Below are positions 9,437 to 19,269 of a stretch of DNA of 64,000 nucleotides, one piece after another. The stretch's first letter is position 1. Each line of letters begins with the position of its first letter. The translations under genes were made by a program, and so were the position numbers. The notes below the pieces were generated by a model. It was not told where the DNA came from. It ran no database searches and worked only from the letters and a program-made list of their open reading frames with translations. Origin of the DNA: Escherichia coli (GTDB lineage: Bacteria > Pseudomonadota > Gammaproteobacteria > Enterobacterales > Enterobacteriaceae); NCBI RefSeq assembly GCF_024223415.1, contig NZ_CP100500.1, one strand, 5' to 3'.

Positions 9437-10039
9437 TCAGAGCTGGCCTGCTACGGGATACCAGGGATTACCGGCGAGGTAACGGGCTTCCGGATCGCGC
9501 ACACCACGACGATCGCGGGCGAAATCACTGAACGCCCATATCAGCTCTTTGAGTCTCTCTTCGCAGTCCGGTGAACAACTGTCCAGCGCCACATCCCGGG
9601 TTATCTGTTTCTGGTACGGTGCCGCTTCACCCGGTGACGCGAAGCCCAGTACGTTGCTCCAGGCATCCAGAATCAGCCGATCCAGTTCAGGGCCGTCGAA
9701 ATACTCCTGTCTGACGCACAGCACCACGTGGTATTCCGGTTTTTCAGGATGACGAGTCAGGAGCCAGCAGAGGTCACGTCCGGGTGTTGCATTCATCAGC
9801 GCACTGACGGTTTCGATAAAGGCCATACCGAACCAGGTTTTTCTGTCGCTGAAGATGTTGCCATGTTCCCCCGGCAGACGAAGCAGGATCCGCCGTATTC
9901 GGGAGCAGGACTGCTCGCGCAACACACGGTTGAGAACGCCGATGATTTTGTTCTGATAAGATGGCCAGAAGGGCGCCATGCTATAGTCGAAATAAGGGAT
10001 AGCATTCATAAGATATGTTCCGTTATACGCAGCCCACAA
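9437..10039 (-). CDS. Gp2-family (YagK/YfjJ-like) island protein
   Basis: 200-aa ORF paralogous to 10366-11097 (e.g. ...KPEYHVVLCVRQEYFDGPELDRLILDAWSNVLG); belongs to the family common in CP4-type islands. Confidence 0.6.
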   Translation of the reverse strand: MWAAYNGTYLMNAIPYFDYSMAPFWPSYQNKIIGVLNRVLREQSCSRIRRILLRLPGEHGNIFSDRKTWFGMAFIETVSALMNATPGRDLCWLLTRHPEKPEYHVVLCVRQEYFDGPELDRLILDAWSNVLGFASPGEAAPYQKQITRDVALDSCSPDCEERLKELIWAFSDFARDRRGVRDPEARYLAGNPWYPVAGQL

Positions 10040-10365
10040 CGCGTCCTGCCCGTGGATGCGCTGACGTGTTATGGCTTGCGTATGGGGTTGATGGAATAAG
10101 TGAAAAACCGCGGCAGAACGGGAAGATCAGGTAACCGACAAGGGACAGAACACCGGATGCAGGTTCAGAATGAATGATCTCCGTTGACTTCGGTTCACAT
10201 CATTAAGCAGGACAGTAAGGTTTTACCGACGGAGTGTTTCCAGGAGCGAAAGCAGAGAAAAATACCGTTGCATGACTTCAGGACGACTTTTTCAGAAAAC
10301 GAGCTAAGGGCGTCAGCCAACGTCCTGTAGCATAAGCTCAGGCACCGGATGTCGTTTTACAGGGC

Positions 10366-11097
10366 TCACCTGCCATCCAGCAGACGCCCCGGCCCACGAC
10401 TGCAACCATAATTACGTTGCCCGGAACCGTCATGCTGCTTCGTCTCATATTTCACGAGATAACTGGCTCTGTTCCGGGCTTTCTGCAGCGCTTCCACATC
10501 ACCACGCTTGATCCAGAGAACAGCGGCTTCACCCGGCTTTTTTTCTGAAGCCTTCCTGGTATCAGAACATCCACCCGACAAAGGCGTGTCATCGGAAGAA
10601 GGGCGAGCATCAGACGATGCTGGTTTACGGGAAGGCGTCCACCTGGAAAAATGGGCCAGGCCATCGCCTTGCCAGGCCTCAAGATGCAGGGCGCTGCACC
10701 ATGCCTCCAGGATCATCGTCGCCAGCGAAGATGGTTCGCTGAAATCCCCTGGCGAGCACCAGGTATCTTTGTTGAGCAGCAATATCACGTGATAATGTTT
10801 CCTGCCTTTTTCCTTGCCAAACTCCCGACACCAGAAATAACGCAGAGTGGTTGCACGCACACGCTTGTTGGCACGTCGTTTTTTCCGCTGGTAAGCCTGG
10901 ATTTTGGCTTTCAGGGATTCGAAAAAACGAGAAATCACCGCTGAATCCGGATCGGGATCCATGATGGTGACAGGCATATACTCAGGGAAACGTAAATCCA
11001 CCCGGATTAACGAGACGGCACGGTGCTGCGACAGGGCACTGTCGAGAAGGCTGTCAAAACGGGATAACCAGTAAGCATTGTGTATTGGTTGATTCAT
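10366..11097 (-). CDS. Gp2-family (YagK/YfjJ-like) island protein
   Basis: 243-aa ORF (...RKHYHVILLLNKDTWCSPGDFSEPSSLATMILEAWCSAL...); its upstream leader shares a motif with the leader of 9437-10039. Confidence 0.6.
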   Translation of the reverse strand: MNQPIHNAYWLSRFDSLLDSALSQHRAVSLIRVDLRFPEYMPVTIMDPDPDSAVISRFFESLKAKIQAYQRKKRRANKRVRATTLRYFWCREFGKEKGRKHYHVILLLNKDTWCSPGDFSEPSSLATMILEAWCSALHLEAWQGDGLAHFSRWTPSRKPASSDARPSSDDTPLSGGCSDTRKASEKKPGEAAVLWIKRGDVEALQKARNRASYLVKYETKQHDGSGQRNYGCSRGPGRLLDGR

Positions 11098-12755
11098 GAT
11101 GAGAGATCTCCGTTGATTTGGATTGACTTCACATCATTAATCACCGCGGTAAAACTTTACGGCATCATGTCATTAAGCAATGCTACAACTCTCTGATTAA
11201 GAGTGATTGAAACGGAACAAACCATCCCGGAACGAAAAGATAATCCTGCACACAGCAGCAAAACACGCAACAACAGCATGAATGGATTTAAAAACGACAT
11301 GGACGACGAGAAAAGCCTGAAGGGAAAAGGATCCACAGAACATTCGAACAAAACACCAGAAACGCAACCAGAACGCTTCCTGGCAATGCAAATCAACAAC
11401 AACGCCAAAACCTACAGCTTAATCACACAACTCAATCACGAATGCGAATGACACGTTTAAAACCTGTTTACAGATAACGCCGTAACACGATCATCCCCAT
11501 CACCATCAGAATCGATTTTCTCATCCCGAAAATGTTACGTTTCACTACTCACCATAAAAACGATTAACCATCGATAACGTAAATCTCATCTGAATCAAAA
11601 AACCAAAACCAATCATCACACTTTCGCAATGCAAGAAGAAAAACCACATCATGACGAAAACAATGACCTTACATGAAAAAGCAAAACGTCAGGAATCGTT
11701 AATGCCTCAATCTGATTGTTATCAAAACATCCAGAAAGTCGTTTAACAGAATCGTCGTAAGCACATCGAAAAGAACGTCAGATCACCTCAGGAAAGTTCG
11801 GGTTGATTTAGCGTAAAGATACTTTTCTCAGCTTAACGTCGAAACACAAACCAAAAACCACAAACAACCAAAGCTCAGGAAAGGTTAAACGTCACATCAG
11901 TAAAATCGAATAGCAGATTGATTGCTTAAACAGGAAGGATTGTTTTACAGCAGCATTAAACTGATTTAGTTAACGTAAAATCAGAACTGACAGGTTTACT
12001 AACTTGGATGTGTATCAGTTCAAAAATGTGTACAGCAATGCGTAATGAAACACATTTAAAGGAGATTAATGGGAAAAGTGTGTAAATGCGTAAACAGGCA
12101 CTAATGAATCACTGGAGGAATACATACAAAACGACTTAATGAAAACATAAAAGGACCTAATGGAAAAGGTGTATATAATACCATATCCGACATTCTCAAC
12201 ATCTTAAGACATCCATGCAGACTGAATGTTGGTTTCAGTTTTTCACGGTAAGCATGAATCTTTTCTGTTCAAAAGCAGAGCAGATTTACTCTGGAATTAT
12301 TTTTCTTACTCCGTATTCTGTACAGCAAAAACTTGTGCTAACTTTACAGCAAACCATCATAATCAGCGTCTGTAGTCCCATCGCTTTACCCCATGAAAGT
12401 GAATCCATATGATGTGAGAGAGATAAGTCATCGTATCCGGTAAACACTGCTTACTATAACATAAGATCATTCAGTCAGTTTTATCTCTGAACTGACGATT
12501 ATGGCATGCTCATTTATATGGCTCACAGAGGAGTGTTATTATCCGTAAGCTTTAATCATCAAATCACATGACCATACCAAACTGGCGCTATATCAGCTCA
12601 TTTGACGCTCATTCCCTTTAGATTTCTTTATGTGTTTTTTGTCGATAATTAAAATGTAATATAAATTTAATATTTTCACATCATAAACACCATTTAAAAC
12701 CATCATCCTGAACATCATACAACAATATATTTTTACTAAAGCATGAATTGTATAT

Positions 12756-13904
12756 TTATATTAATTCAGGAAAATTATCAGGATTCACCTTTAAATTCAA
12801 CTGAATGTTACACTTAATTTCACTCAGCAGTTCTTCATGCGTGGATTTTATTATCCCTTTATCATAATCTATAAATACACACATGTTTTTCATGAATTCA
12901 AACCCTTTTCCTGTATACAGTTTGATGAATGCCACAAGAGCAAACATTTCAAGATGCAGCCATAATGCCACGTGAGTTTTTCGCAAAGTATAAAAAATTG
13001 AATTCGCCACTTTTTTACTTATTGCTCTTTTGTACTGTGAGTGCGCCAGATTCAGTAGTGGCAATTCTCTCTCGATAAATGAAAGTGAAAAAGGCGGGTA
13101 AATTGATGTCGGAAATATTTCAGGTCTTATGATATTTTCGATTTCCACCATAAATCTATCCATAGAACGAAAATCATTTTCTTTTTTTATTCTGGTATAG
13201 AGACCGCCTTTATTCCTTACTGCGACTTTTTTTCGTGCTATCCCCCCCAACATTTCCTCTAATTGTTTATTTATCTTCGTATCATTAAATACAACCATTC
13301 TTCTTATCATCCTGGGAAGGATGATAATATCAGAGCTTGAATCACTTGAACGGCAATTATTATTGATCCATGCAACTTCAAGTTGAAGTATCGGAACATT
13401 AAATTCTCTGGGGTTAATAACTCTCTGATATTGTTTTTTGTATGCGTTTTCATTAAGATATTCTCTGCTGTAGAGAAACTTATAGCAATATAATCTGACA
13501 ATATCCTTTATGTAAGATTTAAATGAGTCACCTGTAACAGATATATTTTTTCTTCTCAGTAACTCCTGTGTATTGAGCCATTCCCGTGACCGGAGTACTC
13601 CATTATGAAGACTTTTTCTTACTTGCTTTGAATTGCGCAATTGATGTAATATTTTTGCGTCCTCAACAATTCTCTTTCCCGTTTGATTTCTTGCAGCATC
13701 TATTACTCTGTCAAATATCTCCCGGTCCAGACTTTTGTCATATTTACTGATTATACGACAAATATTCCTGACCCGACGGTTCTCTTTATTTCGTTTCCAT
13801 AACTGATAATGATCATCACATAACCTCAGGGCATTTGCCTCATCAAATTCTGAAACAGGATTGCTGCATTTTTTATTCCGACAGATACCTTTGTTTTTAG
13901 CCAT
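12756..13904 (-). CDS. hypothetical protein, orphan AT-rich island cargo gene, function unknown
   Basis: Uninterrupted 382-aa ORF, visibly AT-rich against the flanking genes; N-terminal Cys/His cluster (CRNKKCSN...LCDDHYQLW), K/R-rich, no long hydrophobic segments. No family recognised by me. Divergent from the YeeP-like gene across a 100-bp intergenic region. Confidence 0.6.
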   Translation of the reverse strand: MAKNKGICRNKKCSNPVSEFDEANALRLCDDHYQLWKRNKENRRVRNICRIISKYDKSLDREIFDRVIDAARNQTGKRIVEDAKILHQLRNSKQVRKSLHNGVLRSREWLNTQELLRRKNISVTGDSFKSYIKDIVRLYCYKFLYSREYLNENAYKKQYQRVINPREFNVPILQLEVAWINNNCRSSDSSSDIIILPRMIRRMVVFNDTKINKQLEEMLGGIARKKVAVRNKGGLYTRIKKENDFRSMDRFMVEIENIIRPEIFPTSIYPPFSLSFIERELPLLNLAHSQYKRAISKKVANSIFYTLRKTHVALWLHLEMFALVAFIKLYTGKGFEFMKNMCVFIDYDKGIIKSTHEELLSEIKCNIQLNLKVNPDNFPELI

Positions 13905-14004
13905 ACTCTTCTTCCCGTCAATGGAAAAATTTTCACGTCCATATTACCTGACTGATAGGCCGGATTAATGTGATCCGGTTCAGTGAAATCAACAGGATAA
14001 CGGT

Positions 14005-14889
14005 ATGTCATTCAGCCATTCTTCCCTCTCCGCACACGTAAAGTCACATCTGACCTTTCTTCCTGAAGAAATTCGCCAGAAAATCCTTGAACATCTTCGC
14101 AGCGTCATTCAGTACGAACCCGTTATTGGCATTATGGGTAAATCCGGTGCCGGAAAAAGCAGCCTGTGCAATGCCATTTTTCAGTCCCGTGTCTGCGCCA
14201 CGCATCCGCTGAACGGCTGCACCCGTCAGGCTCATCGTCTTACCTTTCAGCCCGGTGAACGAAGAATGACGCTGGTCGATCTGCCCGGCACTGGCGAAAC
14301 ACCACAGCATGATCAGGAATACCGGGCACTTTACAGTCAGTTACTGCCCGAACTGGATCTGATTATCTGGATCCTGCGGGCTGATGAACGTGCGTATGCT
14401 GCCGACATCGCCATGCATCAGTTTTTACTGAATGAAGGTGCCGATCCCTCGCGTTTTCTGTTTGTTCTCAGCCATGCCGATCGCATCCACCCGGCTGAAG
14501 AATGGAACAACCAGAGCAGCACGCCATCCCGTCAGCAGGAACTCTCACTGGCGACGGTGACAGCCCGGGTGGCAACCCTGTTCCCTTCATCATTTCCGGT
14601 ACTCCCCATAGCCGCCCCTGCCGGCTGGAATCTTCCGGCATTTGTGTCTCTGATGATCCACGCCCTGCCACCACAGGCAACCAGCGCGGTTTATTCGCAT
14701 ATCCGGAATGAAAAGCGCACTGCGCAGGATCAGCAACACGCACAGCAGGCTTTTGGTGACGCCATCGGCCAGAGTTTTGACGCTGCCATTGCCCGGTTCA
14801 GCTTTCCGGCCTGGATGCTGCAGCTTCTGCGCAAAGCCCGTGATCGCATTATCCGCCTGCTGATCACACTGTGGGATCGCCTGTTCTGA
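14005..14889 (+). CDS. YeeP/YfjP/YkfA-family GTPase
   Basis: 294-aa ORF with P-loop GIMGKSGAGKSSLCNAIF and DLPGTGE motif; typical first gene of the CP4-type conserved module. Confidence 0.8.
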   Translation: MSFSHSSLSAHVKSHLTFLPEEIRQKILEHLRSVIQYEPVIGIMGKSGAGKSSLCNAIFQSRVCATHPLNGCTRQAHRLTFQPGERRMTLVDLPGTGETPQHDQEYRALYSQLLPELDLIIWILRADERAYAADIAMHQFLLNEGADPSRFLFVLSHADRIHPAEEWNNQSSTPSRQQELSLATVTARVATLFPSSFPVLPIAAPAGWNLPAFVSLMIHALPPQATSAVYSHIRNEKRTAQDQQHAQQAFGDAIGQSFDAAIARFSFPAWMLQLLRKARDRIIRLLITLWDRLF

Positions 14890-15074
14890 ATGTCCCCGCT
14901 TTTTGACCGGCCCCGGCGATAACCAGGAAACGCATTTCCGGTTGCGTCACCACAATGCTGAAGGGCTTCGGTAAACCCTCATTCATTTCATCCATCAGGC
15001 CGCGTCTTCTCCGTGAGACGCGGCTTTTTCATTGATTACGTCATTCAGTCTTAACCACTGATAAGGAGCAAAGT

Positions 15075-15893
15075 ATGCGATTAGCCAGTCGTTTTGGTTA
15101 TGCGAACCAGATACGCCGTGACCGTCCGCTGACCCGTGAAGAGCTGATGCACCATGTGCCCGGGATTTTCGGGGAAGATAAACACACCTCCCGGAGCCGG
15201 AACTATACATACATCCCCACCATCACCGTGCTGGAAAGCCTGCAGCGGGAAGGCTTTCAGCCATTCTTCGCCTGCCAGACCCGCGTACGTGACCCGGGCC
15301 GCCGGGGGTATACCAAACACATGCTGCGTCTGCGCCGTGACGGGGAGATAAACGGACAACATGTCCCTGAAATTATTCTGCTCAACTCTCATGACGGTAC
15401 CTCCAGCTACCAGATGCTGCCGGGTTACTTCAGGTTCGTCTGCCAGAACGGATGCGTCTGCGGTCAGTCTCTGGGGGAAGTGCGTGTTCCGCACCGGGGA
15501 AATGTGGTGGACAGAGTCATTGAAGGGGCTTACGAGGTGGTGGGCGTGTTTGACCGGATAGAGGAGAAGCGTGATGCCATGCAGTCGCTGGTCCTGCCGC
15601 CACCGGCACGCCAGGCGCTGGCACAGGCGGCACTGACTTACCGTTATGGTGACGAACATCAGCCCGTCACCACCGCCGACATTCTGACGCCGCGACGCCG
15701 GGAGGATTACGGTAAGGACCTGTGGAGCGCATATCAGACCATCCAGGAGAATATGCTGAAAGGCGGGATTTCCGGTCGCAGTGCAAAAGGAAAACGTATC
15801 CATACCCGGGCCATTCACAGCATTGATACCGACATTAAGCTCAATCGCGCATTGTGGGTGATGGCAGAAACGATGCTGGAGAGCCTGCGCTGA
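15075..15893 (+). CDS. DUF932-family protein (YfjQ/YafZ-like)
   Basis: 272-aa ORF closely resembling remembered YfjQ/YafZ sequences (MRLASRFGY...ILLNSHDGTSSYQ...). Confidence 0.8.
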   Translation: MRLASRFGYANQIRRDRPLTREELMHHVPGIFGEDKHTSRSRNYTYIPTITVLESLQREGFQPFFACQTRVRDPGRRGYTKHMLRLRRDGEINGQHVPEIILLNSHDGTSSYQMLPGYFRFVCQNGCVCGQSLGEVRVPHRGNVVDRVIEGAYEVVGVFDRIEEKRDAMQSLVLPPPARQALAQAALTYRYGDEHQPVTTADILTPRRREDYGKDLWSAYQTIQENMLKGGISGRSAKGKRIHTRAIHSIDTDIKLNRALWVMAETMLESLR

Positions 15894-15974
15894 TGCCGTT
15901 TCCCTGAGTGAGGGAATCATTCAGCTTTCGTTCCTGAAAAACACACATTTATTTGTTATTTAAGGAGTTATCTC

Positions 15975-16454
15975 ATGAAAACCGTTTCTCAGAATACCCC
16001 CACAATTTATTCAGCTACAACACCAGAGAATAATCCGCCTCAGTTGGTTGCCAGCCTCGTCCCTGATGAACAGCGCATCAGCTTCTGGCCGCAGCACTTT
16101 GGCCTCATTCCACAGTGGGTGGCCCTGGAGCCCCGTGTCTTCGGCTGGATGGACCGTCTGTGTGAAGACTACTGCGGTGGTATCTGGAATCTGTACACCC
16201 TGAACAACGGCGGGGCATTTATGGCACCCGAACCGGATGACGATGATGACGAAACATGGGTACTGTTCAATGCCATGAACGGTAACCGCGCTGAAATGAG
16301 TCCGGAAGCTGCCGGCATTGCTGCCTGTCTGATGACGTACAGTCATCACGCCTGTCGTACGGAGTGTTATGCCATGACGGTCCATTATTACCGGCTGCGG
16401 GATTACGCCCTGCAGCATCCGGAATGCAGCGCCATTATGCGCATCATCGACTGA
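15975..16454 (+). CDS. antirestriction protein, KlcA/ArdB-like (YfjX/YafX family)
   Basis: 159-aa ORF with an acidic stretch (PEPDDDDDE), position and sequence typical of the island antirestriction proteins. Confidence 0.75.
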   Translation: MKTVSQNTPTIYSATTPENNPPQLVASLVPDEQRISFWPQHFGLIPQWVALEPRVFGWMDRLCEDYCGGIWNLYTLNNGGAFMAPEPDDDDDETWVLFNAMNGNRAEMSPEAAGIAACLMTYSHHACRTECYAMTVHYYRLRDYALQHPECSAIMRIID

Positions 16455-16946
16455 ATGGAGGCAGGGACAATGCAGCAGCTTTCCTTTCTGCCCGGAGAGA
16501 TGACGCCCGGCGAGCGCAGTCTCATTCTGCGGGCCCTGAAAACTCTGGACCGCCATCTTCATGAACCCGGCGTGGCCTTCACCTCCACCCGTGCGGCACG
16601 GGAATGGCTGATTCTGAACATGGCGGGACTGGAGCGTGAAGAATTCCGGGTGCTGTATCTGAATAACCAGAATCAACTGATTGCCGGTGAAACCCTCTTC
16701 ACCGGCACCATCAACCGCACGGAAGTCCATCCCCGGGAAGTGATTAAACGCGCCCTGTACCACAATGCCGCTGCCGTGGTGCTGGCGCACAATCACCCGT
16801 CCGGTGAAGTCACACCCAGCAAGGCAGACCGCCTTATCACGGAACGTCTGGTACAGGCACTGGGCCTGGTGGATATCCGGGTGCCGGACCATCTGATAGT
16901 CGGTGGCAACCAGGTTTTCTCCTTTGCCGAACATGGTCTGCTTTAA
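16455..16946 (+). CDS. RadC-like JAB-domain protein (YeeS/YfjY/YkfG family)
   Basis: JAB/MPN motif HNHPSGEVTPSKADRLITERL; start may be the internal Met (MQQLSF..., 16470). Confidence 0.8.
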   Translation: MEAGTMQQLSFLPGEMTPGERSLILRALKTLDRHLHEPGVAFTSTRAAREWLILNMAGLEREEFRVLYLNNQNQLIAGETLFTGTINRTEVHPREVIKRALYHNAAAVVLAHNHPSGEVTPSKADRLITERLVQALGLVDIRVPDHLIVGGNQVFSFAEHGLL

Positions 16947-17008
16947 CCCGTCACAACCACATCACGCTTGTTTGCACTTTTATCTTCTGTCTTCAGAGGT
17001 ATCACACT

Positions 17009-17230
17009 ATGAAAATCATCACCCGTGGTGAAGCCATGCGTATTCACCAACAACATCCGGCATCCCGTCTTTTTCCTTTCTGTACCGGCAAATACCGCTG
17101 GCACGGCAGTGCTGAGGCGTATACCGGTCGTGAAGTGCAGGATATTCCCGGTGTGCTGGCCGTGTTTGCTGAACGCCGTAAGGACAGTTTTGGCCCGTAT
17201 GTCCGGCTGATGAACGTCACTCTGAACTGA
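17009..17230 (+). CDS. yeeT: DUF987 protein (YeeT/YkfH-like)
   Basis: 73-aa ORF, near-identical to remembered YeeT (MKIITRGEAMRIHQQHP...). Confidence 0.8.
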   Translation: MKIITRGEAMRIHQQHPASRLFPFCTGKYRWHGSAEAYTGREVQDIPGVLAVFAERRKDSFGPYVRLMNVTLN

Positions 17231-17248
17231 GTCAGTAAGGGCACTCTG

Positions 17249-17880
17249 ATGAGCAGAATTATCACCATCACAGTGTATACGCTGGATGAACTTTCCTGCC
17301 CGGCACGGGAAAAAGCCCGCGACGGGTACCGTCAGCATCATGCTGACAGCAACTGGTATGAAAACGTGTATGAGGACGTCAGGGAGGTCTGTGGCATTTT
17401 CGGAATTGACCTCTGCCAGCGTGTTATCCGTCTCAGCAACGGCAGGTTTATGGAAGAGCCGTGCATCTGGTTCAGCGGATTCTGCAGCCAGGGACGGAGC
17501 CTGTTTTGAAGGACGCTGGCACTGGCAGTCAGCAACAACCAGGAGAGTCCGGGAGTATGCCCCGCAGAACCGTGAGCTTCATCGTATCGCGGATGCCCTG
17601 CAGGCGGTGCAGAAACGTAACTTCTGGCAACTGCAGGCTGAAATCCACCACCGGGGACGTTACTGCCATCCGTTATCACTGTTACCCGGAACAGTCCGAC
17701 TGGTCAGGCTATGACAGCCGATGCGGAAGCCGCTGTCAGCGAAGCCCTGCGCGACCTGGCCTTCTGGCTGTACCGTCAACTGGAAAACGAGTACGACCAG
17801 ATGACCTCAGACGCCGCTGTGGATGAGGCCATTCTCATCAATGCATACATCTTCACCGAAACCGGTCAGCGCACCGGCTG
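17249..17880 (+). pseudogene. island ORF split across frames, family unknown
   Basis: Protein-like translation runs in one frame (17249-17509), shifts to a second (to 17714), then returns to the first (ATG 17711 to stop 17878-17880, ...AVSEALRDLAFWLYRQLENEYDQ...). Two frame changes would be needed for a single product. Confidence 0.45.
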
Positions 17881-17930
17881 ACCTGTCATCGTTAAACCAT
17901 TCTTAACCACTTTTCAGAGAGGATTTTATC

Positions 17931-18299
17931 GTGTCAGACACACTCTCCGGGATAACTCATCCCGACGACAATCACGACCGCCCCTGGTGGGGGCTTCCCT
18001 GCACAGTGAGGCCCTGTTTTGGCGCCCGTCTGGTGCAGGAGGGTAACCGCCTGCATTACCTTGCCGACCGCGCCGGCATCAGAGGCCGGTTCAGCGATGC
18101 GGATGCATACCATCTGGACCAGGCCTTTCCGCTGCTGATGAAACAACTGGAACTCATGCTCACCAGCGGTGAACTGAATCCCCGCCATCAGCATACCGTC
18201 ACGCTGTATGCAAAAGGGCTGACCTGCGAAGCCGACACCCTCGGCAGTTGTGGTTACGTTTATCTGGCTGTTTATCCGACGCCCGAAACGAAAAAGTAA
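17931..18299 (+). CDS. cbeA: type IV toxin-antitoxin antitoxin CbeA (YeeU family)
   Basis: 122-aa ORF near-identical to remembered CbeA/YeeU (MSDTL...NHDRPWWGLPCTV...). Confidence 0.85.
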   Translation: MSDTLSGITHPDDNHDRPWWGLPCTVRPCFGARLVQEGNRLHYLADRAGIRGRFSDADAYHLDQAFPLLMKQLELMLTSGELNPRHQHTVTLYAKGLTCEADTLGSCGYVYLAVYPTPETKK

Positions 18300-18389
18300 A
18301 CCACCGGAATAACCTTCTGCTCCGGCCAGGTGTTTTCACCACGCCACTCTCCCCATAATTTAATCTCTCATATCAGGAAAATCTTCAGT

Positions 18390-18800
18390 ATGAAATTATT
18401 ACCCGACACACATGTACGGGAGGCATCGTGCTGCCCGTCTCCCGTCACCATCTGGCAGACACTGCTCATCCGTCTGCTGGACCAGCACTATGGCCTCACA
18501 CTGAATGACACACCGTTCGCTGATGAACGTGTGATTGAGCAGCATATTGAGGCCGGCATTTCACTGTGCGATGCGGTGAACTTTCTCGTTGAAAAATACG
18601 CACTGGTACGTACCGACCAGCCGGGATTCAGCGCAGGAGCCCCGTCGCAGTTAATCAACAGCATCGATATTCTCCGGGCCCGCCGGGCAACAGGCCTGAT
18701 GACACGTAATAACTACAGAATGGTAAATAACATTACCCTGGGTAGCATCCGGGGGCGAAACGATGAAACTTTCCCTGACGCTGGAAGCCGACAGCGTTAA
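18390..18800 (+). CDS. cbtA: type IV toxin-antitoxin toxin CbtA (YeeV family), divergent extended C-terminus
   Basis: From the internal Met MKLLPD..., strong match to CbtA through ...MVNNITLG, then a different 18-residue tail that overlaps the next ORF by 38 nt. Confidence 0.75.
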   Translation: MKLLPDTHVREASCCPSPVTIWQTLLIRLLDQHYGLTLNDTPFADERVIEQHIEAGISLCDAVNFLVEKYALVRTDQPGFSAGAPSQLINSIDILRARRATGLMTRNNYRMVNNITLGSIRGRNDETFPDAGSRQR

Positions 18801-19185
18801 CGTACAGGCGCTGAACATGGGGCGAATTGTCGTTGACATTGATGGTGTTGAGCTCACTGAACTGATTAACAAGGTCGCTGAAAACGGTTATTCACTCCGC
18901 GTGGTGGATGAACGTGACGCTACCGAAACACCGGCGACTTCTGCCAGCTCTCATCAGTTGCCGGAAGACAATACAGTGATACAGAGCGTGATGCCATTAA
19001 CCACTGAAACAGCGCTGGATATCCTCATTGCGTGGCTGCAGGACAATATCGACTGCGGGTCCGGAATTATTTTCGACAACGATGAGGATAAAACGGATTC
19101 GGCAGCACTGCTGCCCTGTATTGAACAGGCCAGGGAGGATATCCGTACCCTGCACCAACTGCAACTTCTGCACCAGAACCGGTGA
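18763..19185 (+). CDS. YeeW-like protein
   Basis: 140-aa ORF immediately after cbtA, as in CP4-type islands; identity is from recollection of yeeW-like genes, moderate certainty. Confidence 0.5.
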   Translation: MKLSLTLEADSVNVQALNMGRIVVDIDGVELTELINKVAENGYSLRVVDERDATETPATSASSHQLPEDNTVIQSVMPLTTETALDILIAWLQDNIDCGSGIIFDNDEDKTDSAALLPCIEQAREDIRTLHQLQLLHQNR

Positions 19186-19269
19186 ATCTCACTCACCAGA
19201 CTTCATTCTCCTGACGCCAGCCTGAACAGAGCTGGCGTTTTCGTTTATAAACAGAAAGGAAACCCCATA

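Noticed and set aside
11203-11451. 82-aa plus-strand ORF in the A+C-rich tract
   Set aside because: Its composition simply mirrors the strand skew of the DNA (N/K/T/E-rich, low complexity), with overlapping ORFs on the other strand; likely non-coding. The tract is reported as a finding instead.
15081-16934. Long minus-strand ORFs (279 and 307 aa) across the DUF932/antirestriction/RadC genes
   Set aside because: They overlap three well-supported plus-strand island genes and their translations are low-complexity.
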